Both the position numbers and the translations under genes were made by a program. Shown one piece after another: positions 7,979-14,756 of a DNA stretch of 43,562 nucleotides. Numbering within the stretch: position 1 is the stretch's first letter; the number at the start of each line of letters is the position of its first letter. The notes beneath the pieces were generated by a model. It searched no databases, was not told where the DNA came from, and saw only the letters and a program-made list of their open reading frames with translations. The stretch is from Burkholderiales bacterium (lineage in GTDB: Bacteria; Pseudomonadota; Gammaproteobacteria; Burkholderiales; Burkholderiaceae_C): the NCBI GenBank assembly GCA_031396005.1, contig JANNJX010000001.1, forward strand, positions 1-43,562. Direction: 5' to 3'.

Positions 7979-9559
7979 ATGAAAACCCGCTGCACTGCCA
8001 TGCCCGCCCTTTGGCCGCTGCTCGCCGCTTTGCTGTTGGCGGCTTGCGGCGGTGGCGAAGACGGTACCGCGGCGATCGTGGCCCTCACGCCCGAGCCATC
8101 GCTTGCAACACGCATGCAGGCACTGGCCACCACGAACGAACGCGACGATGAGGACGACGATGCGTCCGGTTGCGGAGATACGCAAGGAGATGCGATGAAC
8201 CCGACCCGACTTTCTGCTTTGTCGATGGCTTTTGCCGCCACCCTGGCTGCCTGTGGCGGCGGTGGGGGTGGGGGTGACGGCGACAGCGTGGCACCGCCGC
8301 CGTCGGCTGCTACGCCAGCACCCCCCAACGCCAGCGTGGCAGGCGAGATCGTCGTGCAACTCAACACGGGCAACGACATCAACGCGCTCGCTGTGGCGTA
8401 TCAGCTGACCGTGGTCGATCAGTTCGGCAAGCGGCCAATCTGGCGTTTGCGCGTTGCAGTAGGCACTGTCGCCGACACGACGATCGCGTCGCTGCGCAAC
8501 GATCCGCGCGTGCGCTTCGCTGAAGCCAACGTCGAGAACGAAACGCCCGAAGGACGTCAACGCTCGGTCTGGGCCGTAGGCGGCGACGCCGGCGCCTACG
8601 CCAAGCAATGGGCCCCGGCCTCGCTGCGCCTGCCCGAAGCGCACGCGACGAGCCTCGGCGCCGGCATGCGCGTCGCCGTGCTCGACACCGGCCTCGATCT
8701 CGCGCATCCCGCTCTCGCCGATCGCCTGGCCCGCAACGGCGCCGGCGCATTGCTCGGCCGCGACTTCGTCGATGACGATGCCGACCCGAGCGAGGTCGGC
8801 GCCGGCACCGACCCCGGCTTTGGCCACGGCACGCATGTCGCCGGCCTGGTCAGCCTCATCGCGCCGCAGGCCACGCTGATGCCAGCGCGCGTGCTCGACC
8901 GCGCCGGCCGCGGCAACGTCTGGGTGCTGTCAGAAGCGCTGGCCTGGGCGGTGGACCCCGACGCCAACCCGGCCAGCGACGACGGCGCGCATGTCGTCAA
9001 CCTGAGCCTCGGCACGACGCAGACGACGAACCTGCTGCGCACCGCCGTGGCGCTCGCCAACTGCGACTTCGATGACGACGACGACGAGTTCGAAGACGCC
9101 GGCTTCGACGATGACAGGACACGCTGCGCCAACAAGTTCGGCGCCGTCGTGATCGCCGCCGCCGGCAACGACGGCAGCGACACGCAGCAGCAGTTCCCAG
9201 CCGCCGAAGCGGTGCCGGGATCGTTGTCGGTGACGGCGCACACCGAGCAGCGCACGTTGGCCCCGTTCGCCAACTTCGGCTCGTGGGTCGAAGTCGCCGC
9301 GCCCGGCGACAAGATCATCAGCACTTTCCCCGGCGGCGGCTACGCCACGTGGAGCGGCACCTCGATGGCCGCGCCGCTGGCTTCCGGCACCGCGGCGCTG
9401 GTGCTCGCCACCTATCCTGATCCGCGCGGTGTGCTGCCGTTGGACGTGGCGCAACGCCTGCTCACGCGCACCGCGCCGTTGTGCGGCACGTCGTTCCGCA
9501 AGATCGACGCCGCCGCCGCAGCCACCGACACGCAGGCGCCCGAGCCGCCGTGCCCGTAG
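7979..9559 (+). CDS. Subtilisin-like (S8) serine peptidase, lipoprotein
   Basis: The catalytic triad blocks are VAVLDTGLD, HGTHVAG and GTSMAAP, plus AAGNDG. AAGGAG precedes ATG 7979, followed by the lipobox LLLAACGG. A second in-frame SD+ATG+lipobox lies at 8195. Confidence 0.85.
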   Translation: MKTRCTAMPALWPLLAALLLAACGGGEDGTAAIVALTPEPSLATRMQALATTNERDDEDDDASGCGDTQGDAMNPTRLSALSMAFAATLAACGGGGGGGDGDSVAPPPSAATPAPPNASVAGEIVVQLNTGNDINALAVAYQLTVVDQFGKRPIWRLRVAVGTVADTTIASLRNDPRVRFAEANVENETPEGRQRSVWAVGGDAGAYAKQWAPASLRLPEAHATSLGAGMRVAVLDTGLDLAHPALADRLARNGAGALLGRDFVDDDADPSEVGAGTDPGFGHGTHVAGLVSLIAPQATLMPARVLDRAGRGNVWVLSEALAWAVDPDANPASDDGAHVVNLSLGTTQTTNLLRTAVALANCDFDDDDDEFEDAGFDDDRTRCANKFGAVVIAAAGNDGSDTQQQFPAAEAVPGSLSVTAHTEQRTLAPFANFGSWVEVAAPGDKIISTFPGGGYATWSGTSMAAPLASGTAALVLATYPDPRGVLPLDVAQRLLTRTAPLCGTSFRKIDAAAAATDTQAPEPPCP

Positions 9560-9581
9560 TCGCGCACGCAGCCACAAAACA

Positions 9582-9612
9582 AAGCGCGGGACGAGAGTCC
9601 CGCGCTTTTTTC
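9582..9612 (+). terminator. Rho-independent terminator after the S8 peptidase gene
   Basis: The sequence AAGCGCGGGA-cgagag-TCCCGCGCTT forms a GC-rich stem and is followed by TTTTTTCTT. Confidence 0.8.
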
Positions 9613-9766
9613 TTCTGCGGCGCACAGCCTTTCGAGGCGACACAAGCAAAGTGGATCGTCACCGAAACATCATCGTTGAAAGCAGGTGTTTGCGTCTTGT
9701 ACGAAAGGCGGTGCGCAGGTCTCTGTGGGGCGTGCGCAAAACGCGCCGCCATCCAAGGAGACCTTC

Positions 9767-10858
9767 ATGAACCCTGTTTCTATCGCCGCCGTCCAGTCGG
9801 CCAAGTGGGCTTTCACCACCCGCCATGTGCTGCGCGAGGACATCGCACGCGTTCTGCCCGCCTACGTGGCGGGCGAGGCGGGCCAGCTGCTGTTGGCGGA
9901 AGTCACGCAGCTGGGCCAGCACGACGGCGTGCAGCTCGAATCCGGCCGCCGCGCGCAGCTCTATGTAGGCGACCGCGTTGTCGTCTGCCTCGGCAACCGC
10001 TATGCACCGGACCAGTTCGAAGGCATTGCGCAGATCGAAGGCAGCGAGGGCAACCACGTCTGCGAGCTGCTGGCCGGCGGCGGCGTTGCCGGCGTCGTGC
10101 GCCATCGCCACGGCCGCATGCGCGCGGCCACTGCCTTGCGGGTCTTGGGTGTGCTGGGCGGCGCCGATGGGCAGCCGATCAACATCGCGAAGTACGCCTT
10201 GACGTTGCCTGATCCCACGCTCTTCGATACACCGTCGATTCCGGTCATGGTGGTGGTGGGCAGCTCGATGAACGCAGGCAAGACCACTGCCTGCGCCAGC
10301 CTGATTCACGGCCTGGCCCGCGACGGCTGGCGGGTCGGCGCGGTCAAGGTCACCGGCACTGGTTCGTTTGGCGATGTGCAGAGCTATGCCGACGCCGGCG
10401 CCGCCGAGGTGCTGGACTTCACCGATGCGGGCCTGGCGTCCACCTATCGCGTCGAGCCTTCGGTGCTGGAGCGCACGTCGCGACGTTTGATCGCCGAACT
10501 CCAAGCCCGCGGCTGCGACGTGGTCGTGGTCGAGGTCGCTGACGGGCTGTTCCAGCAAGAGACTGCGGCGCTGCTGGCCTCGCCGACCTTGCGCGGCACG
10601 CTGGGGCAGGTCGTCTTCGCGGCGGCCGATGCGATGGGCGCCGTGGCCGGCGTGCAGCGCTTACGGGGGCTGGGCTGGAAGGTGCGTGCCTTCACCGGGC
10701 TCGTCACGGCATCGCCGCTCGCCGCCTCAGAAGCAGGGGCCGCTTTGCGCTCGGTCGACACGGCGGTGCCTTGCTTCTCGCGCGACGAGCTGCGCAACCC
10801 GCTCGGTGCTCGTCGCCTGGTGGGCATGCCGCAACGCGCACTGCCGATGGCAGCCTGA
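9767..10858 (+). CDS. P-loop protein with DUF1611-like architecture (function unknown)
   Basis: AAGGAG lies 8 nt before ATG 9767. The Walker A-like block VVVGSSMNAGKTTACASLIHGLARDGWRVGAVKVTGTGSFGD follows an N-terminal ~190-aa domain. The layout recalls DUF1611/MobB-type NTP-binding proteins. Confidence 0.7.
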   Translation: MNPVSIAAVQSAKWAFTTRHVLREDIARVLPAYVAGEAGQLLLAEVTQLGQHDGVQLESGRRAQLYVGDRVVVCLGNRYAPDQFEGIAQIEGSEGNHVCELLAGGGVAGVVRHRHGRMRAATALRVLGVLGGADGQPINIAKYALTLPDPTLFDTPSIPVMVVVGSSMNAGKTTACASLIHGLARDGWRVGAVKVTGTGSFGDVQSYADAGAAEVLDFTDAGLASTYRVEPSVLERTSRRLIAELQARGCDVVVVEVADGLFQQETAALLASPTLRGTLGQVVFAAADAMGAVAGVQRLRGLGWKVRAFTGLVTASPLAASEAGAALRSVDTAVPCFSRDELRNPLGARRLVGMPQRALPMAA

Positions 10859-10864
10859 AGTCGC

Positions 10865-12601
10865 GTGTTTCGTCCTTCGCTGGAACAACCTGTGATGTCG
10901 ACCACGCCCGCCACGCCCAGCCTGCCACCCCTGTTCGAGCCGCCGCGGCGCCGCCTCCTGCTCACGCTGGTGGGCCTTGGTCTATTGCAGGCGGGCCTTG
11001 CGGCCGCGGCGGCATTGGGCGTGCGCGAGCTGTTCAATGCACTGGGCGGCGGCAGCGCGCTATCGACGCTGATCAACCGAGGGCCGCTGGCGCCCGTGAT
11101 GGCCCTGGGCGGCGTGGCCATGATCGCCGCGTTGGCGATGATCGCGCTGCGCCAGTGGGCGGGCCGGCTGGCCGAGTCGCTGGGTCAGCAGTACGTCGCA
11201 GCCGCGCGCCTGGTGCTGCTGGAGCACCTGTTCAAGCTGCCGCCACGACATCACCAGCGCATGCGTCACGGCCACTTGATGGCGCGCCTGACGGGCGACC
11301 TTGGCGCACTGCATCGGTGGGCGGGGCGCGCGGTGGCACCTGTGCTGGTCGGCACCGCGAGTTTTGTGTTGCTGGTGGCGACGCTGGCATGGATGGCACC
11401 TTGGGTGGCACTCGGCACGCTGCTCGCATGTCTGCCGCTGTTCGGCTGGGCGTGGTTGATCTCGGCGCGGCTGGAACGCGCATTGCGGGCTGAGCGGGCT
11501 CAACGCTGGGCGCTGGCCGGTCAGGTGGGAGAGCGGCTGGCAGAAGCTGCCGTCGTGCAGGCCAACGCGCAGGCCGGTCGAGAACTGCGCCGGCTTCGGC
11601 GCCGCCAGCAGCGGCTGCACGACGCCGCCGTGCTGCGCGCGCGCGAAGCGGCGCTGTTGAAGGCGCTGCCGCCGGCCGTGGGGACGCTGATGCTCGGTGT
11701 GCTGGCCGGTTGGGGCAGTTGGCAGGTGGCCACGGGTGCCTGGAGCAGCGGCTCGCTGGCAGGTTTGCTGACGCTGCTCAGTCTGGTGCTGGCGCCGCTG
11801 CGCGACTTCGCACTCGGACTCGGCGGGTGGCGCCATTGGCGCGTCAGCTGCGAGAAGCTGACGAGCTTTCTCCGCAACGCGCCGTTGCCCACCAGCGCGC
11901 CGCAGGCTGAAGCACAGCTGCCCGGCAACGGGCTGCTGCGTCTGGATGGGCTCGCCGTGTTCGGCGGCATGGCACCTGTCACGGCCGTGCTGAACCCTGG
12001 CGACACGCTGGCCGTGCAAGGCGCCAGTGGCAGTGGCAAGAGCGCACTGCTGGAGACCGTGGCGGGCTTGCTCGTTCCTGCGGCGGGCCGCGCGCTGCTG
12101 GATGGCGAGGACAGCATGACGCTCGGTCCCACCGTCCGCGAACGACGCATCGCCCTTGTCGCGAGCGATCTGCCCTTGCTGCGCGGCAGCGTGGCGGGCA
12201 ACCTGCGCTACCGTCGCAAGGCCGCTTCGCGCGAGGCGATGCACAGCTCGCTGCTGGCGGCCGGCTTGCGCGCACTTGCCGGCGGCGCCGCGCTCGACCT
12301 CGGCAGTCCAGTGGCTGAAGGTGGGCGCAATTTGCCGCGTTTGCTGCGGGCCCGTTTGACCTTGGCCAGGGCACTCGTGGACACGCCTGCGGTACTGCTG
12401 ATCGACGACTTCGACGATTTGCTCGAAGGCGAGGCCGCGGCCGACGCGCCCTTGGCTGGGCTGCTGCGCGAGCCGCCCTGCACGATCGTGATTGCCACGC
12501 GTCGGCCGGAGTGGGCGACGCGCTGCGCGCAGCGTGTGCTGCTCGAACCGGTGATCGTCGCGGCCAACCCGCACAAGCTGGAGTTGGCGCATGCAGCTTG
12601 A
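10865..12601 (+). CDS. ABC exporter-type fused permease/ATP-binding protein with a degenerate nucleotide-binding domain
   Basis: An N-terminal domain of about six transmembrane segments is followed by an NBD with Walker A GASGSGKS (12020-12043). The other catalytic motifs are altered (see findings). The start may be GTG 10865 or ATG 10895. Confidence 0.8.
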   Translation: MFRPSLEQPVMSTTPATPSLPPLFEPPRRRLLLTLVGLGLLQAGLAAAAALGVRELFNALGGGSALSTLINRGPLAPVMALGGVAMIAALAMIALRQWAGRLAESLGQQYVAAARLVLLEHLFKLPPRHHQRMRHGHLMARLTGDLGALHRWAGRAVAPVLVGTASFVLLVATLAWMAPWVALGTLLACLPLFGWAWLISARLERALRAERAQRWALAGQVGERLAEAAVVQANAQAGRELRRLRRRQQRLHDAAVLRAREAALLKALPPAVGTLMLGVLAGWGSWQVATGAWSSGSLAGLLTLLSLVLAPLRDFALGLGGWRHWRVSCEKLTSFLRNAPLPTSAPQAEAQLPGNGLLRLDGLAVFGGMAPVTAVLNPGDTLAVQGASGSGKSALLETVAGLLVPAAGRALLDGEDSMTLGPTVRERRIALVASDLPLLRGSVAGNLRYRRKAASREAMHSSLLAAGLRALAGGAALDLGSPVAEGGRNLPRLLRARLTLARALVDTPAVLLIDDFDDLLEGEAAADAPLAGLLREPPCTIVIATRRPEWATRCAQRVLLEPVIVAANPHKLELAHAA

Positions 12602-13466
12602 GTACGTGCAGCCAGAAGTGCGGACGGGCGGCAACGGCAACGACGCGCGGCCGCAACCCGAGCTGCGACGGCTGCACGAGGACCCGCACCAGCGCTACTG
12701 GATCTGCCGGCCGCGCTTGCGGCACGAGCCGCAAAGCACACCAGCCGGCGTGCTCGTTTCAGTGCATGGCATCTCGCGCAACGCGGGTGCGCACGCGCGG
12801 GTCTTGGCAGCGCTGGCCGATGAACTCGGCTTGGTGTTGGTTGCGCCGCACTTCTCGCGCAGCCGCTTTCCCGACTACCAGCGCATGGGCCGCCCCGAGC
12901 GCCTGGGGCCTGGCGGGCGGGCAGATCACATGCTGCTGCGCATCGTGCACGCGGTGCGCACCGAGCTCGGCCTGCCTGCGCAGCCGTTCCTGCTGGTGGG
13001 GCACTCCGGCGGCGCTCAATTTGCCTTGCGTTTCGCGCTCGTGCATGCAGCGCAGATCGCGGGGTATGCGCTGAGTGCGCCGGGCAGCTACTGTTGGCCC
13101 GATGGGGCGCGACGTTTTCCGCATGGAGCGGCGCCGAGCCGTGACTTCCCCGACCTGCGCCCGGACTTGGTGGCGCTGCTGCAGCGACCCAGCCTCGTGC
13201 TTGTCGGCGCGCGCGATGTGCAACGCGACGACGCACTGCGCCAAGGCGAACGCATCGACGCCCAGCAAGGCCGCACCCGCATTGAACGTGCCCAACGCTG
13301 GGTGGCCGCGATGCAGCAATGCGCTTCAGAACAGGGCATGGCCGCGCCGTTGACGCTGCAGGCCGTCGCTGGTTGTGGCCATGGCTTCAGTGAGCTGGCT
13401 CGTGCGCCAGCTTGGCGCGGCGCGCTGCGACAACACCTCGTGTCAAGCCTCGCACGACGGCCTTGA
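12591..13466 (+). CDS. Alpha/beta-fold hydrolase (esterase / PHB-depolymerase-like)
   Basis: The nucleophile elbow is GHSGG in FLLVGHSGGAQFAL, and a late GCGHGF block follows. The gene overlaps the ABC gene by 11 nt, consistent with an operon. Confidence 0.75.
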   Translation: MQLEYVQPEVRTGGNGNDARPQPELRRLHEDPHQRYWICRPRLRHEPQSTPAGVLVSVHGISRNAGAHARVLAALADELGLVLVAPHFSRSRFPDYQRMGRPERLGPGGRADHMLLRIVHAVRTELGLPAQPFLLVGHSGGAQFALRFALVHAAQIAGYALSAPGSYCWPDGARRFPHGAAPSRDFPDLRPDLVALLQRPSLVLVGARDVQRDDALRQGERIDAQQGRTRIERAQRWVAAMQQCASEQGMAAPLTLQAVAGCGHGFSELARAPAWRGALRQHLVSSLARRP

Positions 13467-13502
13467 TGCGGCGGTGGCGGTCCAGGAGGACGCCAAAACG
13501 AA

Positions 13503-13526
13503 GAGGGCTCCCGATGGGGAGCCCTC
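13503..13526. terminator. Bidirectional hairpin terminator between convergent genes
   Basis: GAGGGCTCCC-gatg-GGGAGCCCTC is a perfect 10-bp stem. It lies between the stops at 13466 (+) and 13581 (-). Confidence 0.65.
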
Positions 13527-13580
13527 ACGATTCAGCTGAACGCCTCGCGCCGCGGCGGGGCGTTTTGCTGTTCTATGCGC

Positions 13581-14135
13581 TCACAGCCGCGCGCACTGGT
13601 CTTCCTTGCTCGGCGAAGAGTTGCCGCTGCCGGTCGGCGCCGGGATGTTCTCCTTGCACTGCATGTTGCCGTTCATGCGATTGCCGTTGAATGTTGCGCC
13701 GGCCATGTTCTGAAAAGCCTGCAAGCTGCCGCCGATCGTGTTGCCCGCCGCCGCAATCGGCCCGGTGTTGGACTGGAACTGCAAGTCGCCCTTGATGCGC
13801 GAGTGATCGATTGAGCTGCCACCGCCTTGCACGATCTGCACCGAGCCGCCGACGATCGAGTAGCCGGCCACGCCGACGAAGGCGGCGCCTTCGGCCTGCA
13901 CGTTGCCGTTGACCGAGACACCACTGGCGCGCAGCGTGGCGCCGCGGCCGACGACCACGCTGCCGTTCAGGCGCGTGCGGTCGAGCACGCAGGTCGCGCC
14001 GTCTGGTACGAACAGGTTGTCGAGCGCCACCGCGCCGACGGCGCCGGTGCAGCGGAACTCTTCGGCCAACACGGGGGCGCTGGCCAGCGTCGCGGCCGCA
14101 GCCAACGCGCTCATCACCACAAACTTGGTCTTCAT
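13581..14135 (-). CDS. Secreted beta-helix-like repeat protein (hypothetical)
   Basis: AAGGAG precedes ATG 14135. The signal peptide is MKTKFVVMSALAAAATLASAPVLA. Repetitive G-x-V/I-x-G-N/S units (GSVVVGRGATL, VSVNGNVQAEG, IVGGSVQIVQG, IGGSLQAF) and paired cysteines at both ends follow. Confidence 0.75.
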   Translation of the reverse strand: MKTKFVVMSALAAAATLASAPVLAEEFRCTGAVGAVALDNLFVPDGATCVLDRTRLNGSVVVGRGATLRASGVSVNGNVQAEGAAFVGVAGYSIVGGSVQIVQGGGSSIDHSRIKGDLQFQSNTGPIAAAGNTIGGSLQAFQNMAGATFNGNRMNGNMQCKENIPAPTGSGNSSPSKEDQCARL

Positions 14136-14756
14136 CTCTTGCTCCTTGGTTGAAAACAAACTGATTTGGGGCTTGTTGCATCGAGCGCTCAACGCGATTC
14201 GCCCACTGCACAGACGGCGCATAGCCTTGCCGCGTACAGCGCACTTCGGCTACTTGTGTTTGTTTGTCAGCGCGGGGTACAGACTTGTCATGTGTCCGGT
14301 CTGTGAATTGAGCGACAACTCCAGGGACCCACCAGTAGCTCCGCAACGCCGCTCCACACGCCGAAAGTGCAAGAGTTTCGACCTGACGTCTGCCAACGGG
14401 TGGTCCACGAACCCCGATTGCCGCGGCGGGTGCACCCTGATGGCCGAGAACCGTAGTTCAACGTCGGCAATGCGGACACGCAGGCAGGTTGACATCGCCC
14501 CTCGGATCCAGCTGGAGTGGTCGCGTCTCATCACGTTGTCGCGGTAACTGGCCTGCATCGATAAGCACGGTCTGACTCTCCGTGCGAGCGGTGCCCGAAA
14601 GTCTTGTCAGCTTTCTTCAAGCACGTCACGAGCCTGACATCGCCAGGCCCTAGCTTGCGACGCGCGCAGCGTCGCCGGCATCCTGCCCGCGATCGGCTGG
14701 GACGCGCTTGGGAGTGCCTGCATATGTCTCATCGATGCCATCGCAGCGGAACGCCC

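Noticed and set aside
11060-12640. 526-aa minus-strand ORF antisense to the ABC exporter. Similar long antisense or out-of-frame ORFs occur at 77..865, 703..1662, 7733..8836, 18679..20187, 12208..13236 and 37059..38003
   Set aside because: Their composition is low-complexity Arg/Gln/Ala/Pro, and no motifs or RBS are present. Each fully overlaps a gene with clear family signatures on the other strand or in another frame.
14136-14756. c-di-GMP or other riboswitch in the nuclease leader
   Set aside because: I could not match the sequence by eye to the GEMM-I/II or other riboswitch consensus I remember. It is kept only as a low-interest long-spacer observation.
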